Notes under the pieces: generated by a model
The model's input: the letters and a program-made list of their open reading frames with translations, nothing else
Told to the model about the DNA's origin: nothing
Database searches by the model: none
Part shown: piece after piece, positions 10,314 through 20,048 of the stretch
Layout: every line of letters begins with the position of its first letter
Numbering within the stretch: position 1 is the stretch's first letter
Made by a program: the position numbers and the translations under genes
Source of the DNA: a virus
Length of the DNA stretch: 64,000 nucleotides
Direction: 5' to 3' (one strand)
IMG/VR virus record: IMGVR_UViG_3300042938_002732
Span: 31,363-95,362 of that record

Positions 10314-11383
10314 TTATAAGTTCCATGAAATCGATCGAGTCGGTGCCGGTTCCTGCCTTGGGGCTGCTGCCCGCGATTCACGATGCCGAGGCAGAGGAAG
10401 TGCCGCTGGTTGATGGGTTGCCAGTCCTGCCGCTGGCTGAAGCCTGCAAGGGCCGCATTTTTCGCAACCAGACGGCCAAGGCGATCACGCTCCCGCAGAC
10501 GAGTAGGTGGCCGGCACGCAGCCTGGAGGCGGGCGGCGTCTTCGGGAGCGATGGGCGGCTCTTCTACAAGGTGCGCCAGAAGCTGGGAACGACGAGTTAC
10601 TACCCTGAGACTTTTGAGCGCACGCTCTATACTTTTGCCTTCTCGCCGCAGAGTTTCTCGGTCGGATCGGAATTTGAGCTCTCGCGGCTTTTTTATTTCC
10701 GCCTGCTGGCTAATACCTCCTCTGCGGTGTGGAGCGTGATCTTCGAGATCGGCGTGCGCGCTGCCCAGGTAACTCCTACGCTGGTGCTCACGATGCCGGG
10801 CACGCTCACCAGTGGCTCGGCGAATGTCGCGATCTCCGATCCTCAGCTTGGGAGCCTTTTTTACCGCATGGTCGTGGCGGGTGATGGTATCTCCAGCGGC
10901 CTCGATGGCACGACCTATATCAAGAGCATAGACCTCGCCACCAGCACGCTTGTGCTGAGCCGGGCGGCCACGCAGAGCGGGGTAGAGGCACTCACCTTTA
11001 CGGCTCCCCTGGGGCCAAACTTGGGTGATTTCCTTTGGCTGCCGCCTCTCATGGAGCAGGAGGTGCTCCTTACGGAGATGAAAACGGTAAATCCCATGGG
11101 CATCTGGATCAAGAACTGGGGCGACAAAAATGTGCTGGGGCCGGATGGCACCACCGCGCCCGACCAGTATCGCAATGATCTCGGCTACCAAGGCTATGCC
11201 AAGGCCTTTGACAAGGCGACTCCCGTGCCACTCGACTCCCTCCCAACCGACGGTGACTTCCTGCTGCGCGCGCGCATAGGCCAGTTTGACACCGAAAACA
11301 GCGTAGCCGACCCGAAGGGCTACGCCGCCTACATGGTGCGCGCGATCGATGATGAAGAGGATCCGGCAGCCTCGATGACTTAG
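10310..11383 (+). CDS. Tail protein paralogous to the C-terminus of the upstream gene
   Basis: Both proteins share LLPAIHDA, GGxFGxDGR and TTSYxPxxxER motifs. Confidence 0.65.
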   Translation: MIISSMKSIESVPVPALGLLPAIHDAEAEEVPLVDGLPVLPLAEACKGRIFRNQTAKAITLPQTSRWPARSLEAGGVFGSDGRLFYKVRQKLGTTSYYPETFERTLYTFAFSPQSFSVGSEFELSRLFYFRLLANTSSAVWSVIFEIGVRAAQVTPTLVLTMPGTLTSGSANVAISDPQLGSLFYRMVVAGDGISSGLDGTTYIKSIDLATSTLVLSRAATQSGVEALTFTAPLGPNLGDFLWLPPLMEQEVLLTEMKTVNPMGIWIKNWGDKNVLGPDGTTAPDQYRNDLGYQGYAKAFDKATPVPLDSLPTDGDFLLRARIGQFDTENSVADPKGYAAYMVRAIDDEEDPAASMT

Positions 11384-11405
11384 AGTTGACTATTTGATCG
11401 AGCGT

Positions 11406-12212
11406 ATGGCTGTTCCAGTAATCAGTAAGACGGCGGGGGTGTTGGCTTACGCGGTGGGGCGGGATTTTGTGTTCCAGCTCGCAGCGGAAAATGACCCTGT
11501 GGCATGGCGGATCGGGGAAGCGCAGCAATTGCCTCCTGGGGTGTTTTTTTCGCCGGTGTCAGGCACGCTCTCGGGCGCTGGCACTTCTCCTGGCGTATGG
11601 GGACTGACTTTTGTGGCGAGCAATGCGGATGGGGACTCCTCGCCGGAGACTTTCACGGTGGGGGTCTACGATGTGGGTGGGCAAACGGAATACTCGAAAC
11701 GGGTGCTGATCAATTTGAAGACGCTGGCGGTGACATGCGATGACCCGGCGGCGGTGGACTCGGAGAGTGCGCTGGGGGCTGCGGCGGGCCAGGTGCGCTA
11801 TGGGGATGAGGTGGTTTTCCAGATGGTGTTTACCGATGGGACGATCGCGGCGGGCACGGGCGCGAGTGCGATCTACTCGGAAATCTCGCCAAATATTCGG
11901 ATGGCGCGGTTTTCGATGAAGGGGAATGAGACGGAGCCGACATTTTTTGTGACCCCGCCGCCTGCTTTCAAGCGCAGCGCGGAATATGAGGCAGGTGAAT
12001 ATCGCACGACATATTATGTTTTCGCCCATATCGCGGGATCGGCATTGCAGTCGTATCTTGGAGATTTTGAAAATGATGCGGGGACGCAGGCGAATGTGAT
12101 TTGCGAGTTTGAGATCGAGTTTGACCGCCCGGCGGGGGCGAGCGGCCCGCTGATAACCCGCGTGACAACCCAACCTTTCCTGCTTCGCGTGAGCAGGGAT
12201 TTGATCTCGTAG
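11406..12212 (+). CDS. Ig-like (He_PIG-type) domain plus baseplate adaptor-like protein
   Basis: LPPGVFFSPVSGTLSG...ASNADG Ig motif followed by a beta-sandwich domain. Confidence 0.6.
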   Translation: MAVPVISKTAGVLAYAVGRDFVFQLAAENDPVAWRIGEAQQLPPGVFFSPVSGTLSGAGTSPGVWGLTFVASNADGDSSPETFTVGVYDVGGQTEYSKRVLINLKTLAVTCDDPAAVDSESALGAAAGQVRYGDEVVFQMVFTDGTIAAGTGASAIYSEISPNIRMARFSMKGNETEPTFFVTPPPAFKRSAEYEAGEYRTTYYVFAHIAGSALQSYLGDFENDAGTQANVICEFEIEFDRPAGASGPLITRVTTQPFLLRVSRDLIS

Positions 12213-12213
12213 C

Positions 12214-15200
12214 ATGGGCGTCATCACATCCGGGCAAACGCTGACTGGCAAAGTCGGCGTGGCGTTTTCTCAAACGCCTGCCTACACCGGAACGTTCTCC
12301 GCAAGCAATCCATGGGTATTGCAAACCAGTTTACCGCTTGGGCTGACGTTGAATTCATTGAGTGGGCTGATTTCCGGAACGCCGACGCAAAAAGGCAACT
12401 TTACTTCAGCGTTGCTGAGTTACATAGAAAACACTGACATCGCTTGCGGAACAGATGTAGGATTTAGGCTTTTTGGCGATAGGGTGCTGGGAGTGATTTA
12501 CCGATCCAGCAATCTCCCAGAGGCGAATATCCCTAGCACATTGCAAAGTGGCGTCACAGCTATTTCGGGGACGCATTATCATTTCCTTGCGTTAAAGAGT
12601 GATGGCACGGTTGTTTCTTGGGGGAGAGGCAATGCGGTGGTGCCGCCATTATCTAATGTTGTAGCCGTTTCAGCGGGGTATTACCAATCGATTGCGTTAA
12701 AGGCAGACGGCACTGTGATCGGATGGGGCGAGACATTTGGCACTTATGTCCCTCCTGCTGTTCCTGATGGCCTTGCAGGGGTAATTGCAATTTCGGCAGG
12801 GAGTCATAATCTTGCGCTCAAAAGCGATGGAACAGTTGTTGGGTGGGGGTATAGTGGAAGCTTTGCGGAGAATGTCCCAGCGGGATTGAGCGATGTAATA
12901 AAAATATCAGCAGGCGCGGTTCATTCGTTGGCGTTAAAAAGCAATGGTGAAGTTGTTGCATGGGGGGGGAATTCTTACGGGCAAAGTTCCGTTCCTGCTG
13001 ATGCGAAGTCGGGGGTAATTGCGATTGCGGCGGGAGCTAGGCATTCTCTTGCATTAAAAAACAATGGGCAGGTGATTAGTTGGGGGGAGCAAATCCCCAA
13101 CTCTGGCGTTCCGTCGGCCTTTAGTGGATCTCCGCCTACTCTTCCGGCGATAAAAATTGCGGCAGGCGGGTTTTCGATGGCTATTTCAGTGAATGGCACA
13201 AATCAGTTTGCGAATCCCGTATACCACTGGGGGATGTCCGCAAACACCAGCGGGAGCTCATTTCAAAATTCGCAAGAGACGGCCGCTACGACTATCGCCT
13301 TCTCGATCGCGGATGGCGTGCCAATCATTACAGCGGGGCAGACTGCATCCGGAACCGTTGGCACGGCGTTTACCAAGACATTTTCGCTCACCGACAGCGC
13401 GAACCGCCCTGTGACGAGCTGGAGTGCGACAGGGCTGCCAAGCTGGGCAACGCTGAATACGACCACGGGAGCGATCACGGGCACGCCGCAGGATAGCGGG
13501 AGTGCGACGATCACGCTGACGGCGACAGGGCCTGGGGGCTCGGATACGCAGACGGCGACAATTTCGATCGCGGTGGGGCCGCCGATTATTACGGCTGGGC
13601 AGAGCTTTACGGGCAAGGTTGGCGTGGCGTTTTCCCAAACTCCTGCTCTTGATGACGCGCTGGATCGGCCCGCGACCTCTTGGGGCGTGACGGGGCTGCC
13701 AGCAGGGCTGGCGCTCAATACGACCACGGGCGCGATCACGGGCGCGCCGACGGCCAAGGGATCATTTACAGCGAGCTTCACGGCCACGGGCGGCGGGGGC
13801 ACGGGCACCGCAACAAGTGTGAGCTTCACAATCGCCGAGGGCGTGCCGATTATCACGGCGGGGCAGACTGCTTCCGGAACCGTTGGCACGGCGTTCAGCA
13901 AGACATTTTCGCTCACCGACAGCGCGAACCGCCCTGTGACGAGCTGGAGTGCGACGGGGTTGCCGAGTTGGGCAACGCTGAATACCTCGACAGGTGCGAT
14001 CACGGGGGCGCCCCAGGATAGCGGGAGTGCGACGATCTCGCTCACGGCCACAGGTCCTGGGGGCTCGGATACGGAGACGGCGACAATTTCGATCGCGGTG
14101 GGGCCGCCGATTATTACGGCTGGGCAGAGCTTTACGGGCAAGGTGGGTGTGGCGTTTTCCCAAACTCCTGCTCTTGAAGATGCCTTGGATCGGCCTGCGA
14201 CTTCTTGGGCGCGGACGAGTGGCGCGCTCCCTACAGGGCTGGCGCTGAATACCAGCACAGGAGCGATTACCGGAACGCCGACAGCCAAGGGCTCGTTCAC
14301 GGCTACCTTCACGGCCACGGGCGGCGGCGGCACAAGTGCGGCGACGAGCTTGAGTTTCACGATTGCGGAGGGTGTGCCGTTGATTGTCTCCGGGCAGGGG
14401 TTTTCTGCTTTTCTGAATAGTTATTTCAAGCGGGATGTGGCGCTGGAAAATGAAGCGAATCGCTCGGTGACGGGGTGGAGTGTCTCGGGAGCGGTGTGGG
14501 CGCAAGTCTCGGCGTCAGGGGAGATTTTTGGAACGCCAGTGGATAGTGGGGACTTCACGCTGGTGGTGACGGCAACAGGTCCGGGCGGCACGGATACAGA
14601 AGAGGTATCTGTCTTGGTGCGGGCAGGAGGCAAGGTGGTCTTCCAAGTGCCGAAGTTTGATAGCCCGCCGGTGCCTACGAATGATATCTTGGTGCGTGGT
14701 GGGGAGTATATTTATGGCCGGTGGACGGGAAAGGGAGCGATCCCCCCTGGTATAAATTGGGTGGGCATGGAAGAGGGTCTTCGTTTCTGGGGCACGCCGA
14801 CGCGCACGGGGCAGTGGGAAGCGGAGTTCGAGGGGCCGTATCCAGCAAATTTCGAGAGTGATCTGACGCAGGGGGGCTCGGGTGTGCCGCCGCTGCGCCT
14901 GGATGCGGGGGATGTGCCGGAGGAGATCGTAGTGTCGAAATTCACATTGCAGTTTGAGGCGGTGGAGCAGACGGGATATACCTACGGGCAGGTATTGAAG
15001 GAGCTTTTCTCGAACCCGAGCGGCACGCAGACGGCGCGGCGATTGTCTTGGAGTGGGTCGCGGTGCATTGGCGCGCGGGGGTTGAGTCCGGTGGTGCTGG
15101 AGAGCGGTGTGGCGGCGGCGGTGGATTTGAGTGTAGCGACAAGCGGCAAGCCGAAGGCGGGGCTATGGCTGTATGCGGCGCCTGCAAACGCGGCGGTTCC

Positions 15201-15399
15201 CGAGGGAGCGACAGCGCGAGGGATCCAGAATGGGGACTTGAACGAGAATGATTATTCGGCGGCGGATTGGGTATTTTCGGAGGCGGTGGTGATCGATCGC
15301 TCTTATGGCGGGTGCTTGCTGACGGCGGGCGTGGGAGGCAGGAGCCTTTTGGATGGCGTGAAGCGGGCAGTGGCGGTGAATGGAGTGATCTCGATCTGA
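12214..15399 (+). CDS. RCC1-repeat plus putative Ig (He_PIG) repeat virion adhesin/fibre
   Basis: Repeated HSLALKSDGTVVAWG (RCC1 propeller blades) and GLPxGLxLNTTTGAITGTP (He_PIG) units. Confidence 0.85.
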   Translation: MGVITSGQTLTGKVGVAFSQTPAYTGTFSASNPWVLQTSLPLGLTLNSLSGLISGTPTQKGNFTSALLSYIENTDIACGTDVGFRLFGDRVLGVIYRSSNLPEANIPSTLQSGVTAISGTHYHFLALKSDGTVVSWGRGNAVVPPLSNVVAVSAGYYQSIALKADGTVIGWGETFGTYVPPAVPDGLAGVIAISAGSHNLALKSDGTVVGWGYSGSFAENVPAGLSDVIKISAGAVHSLALKSNGEVVAWGGNSYGQSSVPADAKSGVIAIAAGARHSLALKNNGQVISWGEQIPNSGVPSAFSGSPPTLPAIKIAAGGFSMAISVNGTNQFANPVYHWGMSANTSGSSFQNSQETAATTIAFSIADGVPIITAGQTASGTVGTAFTKTFSLTDSANRPVTSWSATGLPSWATLNTTTGAITGTPQDSGSATITLTATGPGGSDTQTATISIAVGPPIITAGQSFTGKVGVAFSQTPALDDALDRPATSWGVTGLPAGLALNTTTGAITGAPTAKGSFTASFTATGGGGTGTATSVSFTIAEGVPIITAGQTASGTVGTAFSKTFSLTDSANRPVTSWSATGLPSWATLNTSTGAITGAPQDSGSATISLTATGPGGSDTETATISIAVGPPIITAGQSFTGKVGVAFSQTPALEDALDRPATSWARTSGALPTGLALNTSTGAITGTPTAKGSFTATFTATGGGGTSAATSLSFTIAEGVPLIVSGQGFSAFLNSYFKRDVALENEANRSVTGWSVSGAVWAQVSASGEIFGTPVDSGDFTLVVTATGPGGTDTEEVSVLVRAGGKVVFQVPKFDSPPVPTNDILVRGGEYIYGRWTGKGAIPPGINWVGMEEGLRFWGTPTRTGQWEAEFEGPYPANFESDLTQGGSGVPPLRLDAGDVPEEIVVSKFTLQFEAVEQTGYTYGQVLKELFSNPSGTQTARRLSWSGSRCIGARGLSPVVLESGVAAAVDLSVATSGKPKAGLWLYAAPANAAVPEGATARGIQNGDLNENDYSAADWVFSEAVVIDRSYGGCLLTAGVGGRSLLDGVKRAVAVNGVISI

Positions 15400-15423
15400 G
15401 TTGACCGCGAGGCGCGGCGGTAT

Positions 15424-15822
15424 ATGAGCGCATTCTCTGACTTTCTTGAAAACAAGGTGCTGGACCACCTCATGGGCCGCACGACTTACACGGCCCCTGC
15501 GACGATTTATTTCGCTCTCTTTACGGCGTCTCCCTCGGACAGTGGGGGTGGCACGGAGGCGACCGGTGGGGCGTATGCGCGCGTGGCGGTGACAAATGAT
15601 GCGACGAACTGGCCTGCGGCGAGTAATGGCATTAAGCGCAATGCGAGTGTGATCACCTTCCCGGAGGCAACTGGAAACTGGGGCACGATCACGGCGATAG
15701 GGATCTACGATGCGGCCTCGGCGGGAAATCTCCTATTCTGGACGACGATCACGGCCCGCACAGTGGTGCAGGGCGATATTCCTCGCTTCAACGCCCAAGG
15801 CATCTCGATCTCGCTGAACTAA
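15424..15822 (+). CDS. Conserved phage tail-fibre-associated protein
   Basis: MSAFSDFLENKVLDH...YARVAV...ITFPEATGNWGTITAIGIYDAASAGNLLF is a common phage structural family. Confidence 0.8.
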   Translation: MSAFSDFLENKVLDHLMGRTTYTAPATIYFALFTASPSDSGGGTEATGGAYARVAVTNDATNWPAASNGIKRNASVITFPEATGNWGTITAIGIYDAASAGNLLFWTTITARTVVQGDIPRFNAQGISISLN

Positions 15823-15842
15823 CGCCGGGGAGCCGAAAAGGC

Positions 15843-15905
15843 ATGACAACCCGCGTGACAACCAAACCCTTCCTGCTTCGCGTGAGCAGGGATTTGATCG
15901 CTTAG
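15843..15905 (+). CDS. 20-aa mini-ORF, a duplicated 3' end of the 11406 gene
   Basis: MTTRVTTKPFLLRVSRDLIA versus TRVTTQPFLLRVSRDLIS; stop lies 3 nt before the next ATG. Confidence 0.45.
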   Translation: MTTRVTTKPFLLRVSRDLIA

Positions 15906-15908
15906 GAT

Positions 15909-18900
15909 ATGGGCGTAATTACTTCAGGGCAAACGCTGACGGGGAAAATCGGCGTGGCGTTTTCTCAAACGCCCGCTTACACGGGGATACTCGATTCTTG
16001 GGCCGCAACAGGGCTTCCTGCCGGGCTGGCAATCAATACGACCAGCGGGTTGATTTCGGGAACGCCGACGACGAAGGGGGGCGCGACAGCTACGGTGTCG
16101 GGAACTGCGGCTCCAACTGCGACGAAAATTGCATCGGGATACAGTCACCACCTTGCGCTGAAAAGTGACGGCACGGTTGTTGCATGGGGCGTCACCTCCG
16201 GGCTGGCGGGAGGTTTCCACGTTTCGGTCCCCGCCGGGCTTTCTGGAGTGGTAGCGATTGCGGCAGGAGGCAGTCACTCCCTTGCGCTGAAAAATGACGG
16301 CACGGTTGTCGGATGGGGTAACAACTCCAGCGGGCCACAAACAATCCCCGCCGGGCTTTCCGGAGTGGTAGCGATTGCAGCTGGGCTTAGTCACTCTCTT
16401 GCGCTGAAAAGTGACGGCACGGTTGTTGGATGGGGTAACAACGCCAACGGGCAAACAACAATCCCCGCTGGGCTTTCCGGAGTCACGGCTATTGCAGGGG
16501 GGGGTTACCACTCCCTTGCGCTGAAAAATGACGGCACGGTTGTTGGATGGGGTGGCAACGCCAACGGGCAAAGGACAATCCCCGCCGGGCTTTCCGGAGT
16601 CACGGCTATTGCAGGGGGCGATTCTCACTCCCTTGCGCTGAAAAATGACGGCACGGTTGTTGGATGGGGTGACAACGCCAACGGGCAAAGGACAATCCCC
16701 GCCGGGCTTTCCGGAGTCACGGCTATTGCAGGGGGCGATTCTCACTCCCTTGCGCTGAAAAATGACGGCACGGTTGTTGGATGGGGTAACAACTACTATG
16801 GGCAAACATCTGATTTTTATGATTTTTCCAAAGGCGATTGGGGCAGAGGAATCGTGCTTTCCGGCGTCACGGCTATTGCAGCGGGATTCACCAGCTCCAT
16901 TGCGCTTAGAAATGACGGCACACTCGCGATTGGAGGGGCATTGTCCAGTGGATACCCTTACACTTTGCCGGATGGGACAGTTGAGGCGACGGCCATTTCA
17001 TTTACGATCACCGATGGCGTGCCGATCATCGCGGCAGGGCAGACTGCATCCGGAACCGTAGGCGCGGCGTTTAGCAAGACCTTTTCGCTGACTGACACCA
17101 CTAACCGCCCGGCGACTTCATGGAGTGCGACGGGGCTTCCCGCAGGGCTTTCCATCAACGCCTCCACAGGAGCCATCACGGGCACGCCGCAGGATAGTGG
17201 CAGCGCGACGATCTCGCTTTCGGCAACCGGGCCGGGGGGAACTGGCACGGCAACGGCAACGATCTCGATCGCGGTGGGGCCACCGATCATCGTTGCTGGG
17301 CAGAGCTTTACTGGTAAGGTGGGTGAGAGTTTTTCGAATTCGATTGCCTTGGAGGATGCTTTGGATCGGCCTGCGACCTCCTGGGCGCGCACCAGCGGCA
17401 CGCTGCCTGCGGGCCTGACCCAGAATACGAGCACGGGCGCGATCACGGGCACGCCGACGACCAAGGGCTCGTTTACGGCCTCCTTCACGGCGACGGGCGG
17501 CGGGGGCACAAGCGCGGCGACGAGCATCGCCTTCACGATTACCGATGGCGTGCCGATCATCGCGGCAGGGCAGACTGCATCCGGAACCGTTGGCACGGCG
17601 TTTAGCAAGACCTTTTCGCTGACTGACACCACGAACCGCCCGGCGACTTCATGGGGCGCGACGGGGCTTCCCGCAGGGCTTTCCATCAACGCCTCCACAG
17701 GAGCCATCACGGGCACGCCGCAGGATAGTGGCAGTGCGACGATCTCGCTCACGGCGACAGGGCCTGGCGGCTCGGATACGGAGACGGCGACAATTTCGAT
17801 CGCGGCGGGGGCGCCGATTATTACGGATGGGCAGAGCTTTACGTGTAAGGTGGGCGTGGCGTTTTCCCAAGCTCCTGCGCTTAATGACGCGCTGGATCGG
17901 CCTGCGACTTCTTGGGGTGTGACGGGGCTGCCAGCAGGGCTGGCGCTCAATACGACGACAGGCGCGATCACAGGCACGCCGACAGCCAAAGGCTCGTTCA
18001 CTGCTTCGTTTACGGCTGCAAATAGTAGCGGCACAAGCGCGGCGACGAACATTTCTTTCACGATCGCCGAAGGCGTTCCAATCATCACAGCGGGGCAGAC
18101 TGCCTCGGGGGCGGTAGGCACGGCGTTTAGCAAGACCTTTTCGCTGACTGACAGCACGAACCGGCCCGTGACGAGCTGGAGTGCGACAGGGCTGCCAAGC
18201 TGGGCAACGCTGAATACTTCCACGGGAGCGATCACGGGCACGCCGCAGGATAGCGGGAGTGCGACGATCTCGCTCACGGCCACAGGTCCTGGGGGGTCGG
18301 ATACGGAGACGGCGACAATTTCGATCGCGGCGGGGGCGCCGATTATTCAGACTTCCGTTTTCCCCGACCCGAACGGCTCGTCATTAACATGGACGGGGCA
18401 GTTGCTTCACGGCACGGTGGGTGTGGCGTTTAGCCAAACTCCTGCTCTTGTTGATGCCTTGAATCGTCCTGCGACTTCTTGGTTAGTGACGAGTGGCTCG
18501 CTACCTGGAGGCCTAACGCTGAATGCCGCCACGGGGGAGATATCAGGCACTCCCACGCGGGGAGGATCACAATGGGGGAATAATGGTGGTTCGTTTATAG
18601 CCTACTTCACTGCTACGGGGCCGGGTGGAACCAGTGCGGTAGCGGCTATTCTTTTTCAATTCGGCCCTGGTGCGCCGATCATTATGGCGGGGCAGACTGC
18701 TTCCGGCAAAGTAGGCGTGGCTTTTAGCAAGACACTTTTGCTCACCGACAACAACAGCACGGACCGTCCGGTAACAGGCTTGGCGGCGACGGGGTTGCCT
18801 GCGGGGCTAGTGATCATTTTCACGGAAGCCAGGATGGGGCTTTCATCCACGGGGGCGATTACTGGGACGCCGCTGGACGGAGGGGAATATACGGCTTCGC

Positions 18901-20045
18901 TAACGGCGACAGGGCCGGGAGGGACGGATACGAAGACGGCGGTGATCTCGATCGCGGCGGGGGCGCCGATTATTACGGCTGGGCAGAGCTTTACGGGCAA
19001 GGTGGGTGTGGCGTTTTCCCAAACTCCTGCTCTTGAGGATGCGCTGGATCGCCCTGCCACTTCTTGGAGCGCGACGGGGCTCCCCGCAGGGCTGGCGCTG
19101 AATACCAGCACAGGAGCGATTACCGGAGCGCCGACAGCCAAAGGATCGTTTACGGCTACCTTCACGGCCACGGGCGGCGGCGGCACAAGCGCGGCGACGA
19201 GCTTGAGTTTCACGATTGCGGATGGCGTTCCAATCATCACGGCGGGGCAGACTGCATCCGGAACCGTTGGCACGGCGTTTACCAAGACATTTTCGCTCAC
19301 CGACAGCGCGAACCGCCCTGTGACGAGCTGGAGTGCGACAGGGCTGCCAGCAGGGCTGGCGCTCAATACGACCACAGGCGCGATCACGGGGGCGCCGCTG
19401 GACGGAGGGGAATATACGGCTTCGCTAACGGCGACAGGGCCGGGAGGGACGGATACGAAGACGGCGGTGATCTCGATCGTAAGGGACTTGAATCTGAGTG
19501 TATCGCTCTCGGCGACAGCAGTGGTGGGAACTTCGCTGGTGATCGACTACCGGGCGGCGTTGGCGGGGGTGACGGCGCTGGATGCGGGTGGGTCGTGGGA
19601 GTTATATCGGGATGTGGAGCCTATTTTCCTCGGCGAGTCGCGGTGGGGTGGTTCACCCGGGGTGCAGGAGCCGGGCTTTGTGACGATTGATTTGGTGAGG
19701 TTTGTGTGGGGAGAGTTTGATATTGTGCGGGGGTTCACGGGGCGTGTGGGGGTGTTTTGCTTCACGACGCTGGATGGCAGGATCACGCCGGAGCCATTGG
19801 TGCAGGTGGGATTGCGATTTTTGGAGGGGCGGGGCGCGGAGCGGTTGCAATACAGGTCGGCGTTCACGGGGCCTGGAAGGCCGTTTGATTATGTATCTGT
19901 GCCTGAGGGCGGTAGCGTGATCGAGGATGAGATCGTGATCACGGAGGGACGGGCCTACGGGGTCTATAATATATGGGCAACAGAGAACCTGCCGCCGGGG
20001 CAGGTGAAGGTGCATTTCTCAGTGCATCTCTATCGGGATGCGTGA
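15909..20045 (+). CDS. Second RCC1-repeat plus He_PIG repeat virion adhesin/fibre
   Basis: Same N-terminus (MGVITSGQTLTGK) and architecture as the 12214 gene, more Ig units, different C-terminus. Confidence 0.85.
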   Translation: MGVITSGQTLTGKIGVAFSQTPAYTGILDSWAATGLPAGLAINTTSGLISGTPTTKGGATATVSGTAAPTATKIASGYSHHLALKSDGTVVAWGVTSGLAGGFHVSVPAGLSGVVAIAAGGSHSLALKNDGTVVGWGNNSSGPQTIPAGLSGVVAIAAGLSHSLALKSDGTVVGWGNNANGQTTIPAGLSGVTAIAGGGYHSLALKNDGTVVGWGGNANGQRTIPAGLSGVTAIAGGDSHSLALKNDGTVVGWGDNANGQRTIPAGLSGVTAIAGGDSHSLALKNDGTVVGWGNNYYGQTSDFYDFSKGDWGRGIVLSGVTAIAAGFTSSIALRNDGTLAIGGALSSGYPYTLPDGTVEATAISFTITDGVPIIAAGQTASGTVGAAFSKTFSLTDTTNRPATSWSATGLPAGLSINASTGAITGTPQDSGSATISLSATGPGGTGTATATISIAVGPPIIVAGQSFTGKVGESFSNSIALEDALDRPATSWARTSGTLPAGLTQNTSTGAITGTPTTKGSFTASFTATGGGGTSAATSIAFTITDGVPIIAAGQTASGTVGTAFSKTFSLTDTTNRPATSWGATGLPAGLSINASTGAITGTPQDSGSATISLTATGPGGSDTETATISIAAGAPIITDGQSFTCKVGVAFSQAPALNDALDRPATSWGVTGLPAGLALNTTTGAITGTPTAKGSFTASFTAANSSGTSAATNISFTIAEGVPIITAGQTASGAVGTAFSKTFSLTDSTNRPVTSWSATGLPSWATLNTSTGAITGTPQDSGSATISLTATGPGGSDTETATISIAAGAPIIQTSVFPDPNGSSLTWTGQLLHGTVGVAFSQTPALVDALNRPATSWLVTSGSLPGGLTLNAATGEISGTPTRGGSQWGNNGGSFIAYFTATGPGGTSAVAAILFQFGPGAPIIMAGQTASGKVGVAFSKTLLLTDNNSTDRPVTGLAATGLPAGLVIIFTEARMGLSSTGAITGTPLDGGEYTASLTATGPGGTDTKTAVISIAAGAPIITAGQSFTGKVGVAFSQTPALEDALDRPATSWSATGLPAGLALNTSTGAITGAPTAKGSFTATFTATGGGGTSAATSLSFTIADGVPIITAGQTASGTVGTAFTKTFSLTDSANRPVTSWSATGLPAGLALNTTTGAITGAPLDGGEYTASLTATGPGGTDTKTAVISIVRDLNLSVSLSATAVVGTSLVIDYRAALAGVTALDAGGSWELYRDVEPIFLGESRWGGSPGVQEPGFVTIDLVRFVWGEFDIVRGFTGRVGVFCFTTLDGRITPEPLVQVGLRFLEGRGAERLQYRSAFTGPGRPFDYVSVPEGGSVIEDEIVITEGRAYGVYNIWATENLPPGQVKVHFSVHLYRDA
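16143..16790 (+). repeat. 117-bp near-identical tandem repeats encoding RCC1 blades
   Basis: CTTGCGCTGAAAA(A/G)TGACGGCACGGTTGT recurs six times, five of them at a 117-nt period. Confidence 0.9.
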
Positions 20046-20048
20046 GCT

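Noticed and set aside
13263-19387. Long minus-strand ORFs within the adhesin genes
   Set aside because: Antisense shadows of GC-rich repetitive coding sequence
12214-20045. Diversity-generating retroelement or invertase-driven fibre switch
   Set aside because: No reverse transcriptase or serine invertase in the window; repeats are direct and differences are not adenine-specific
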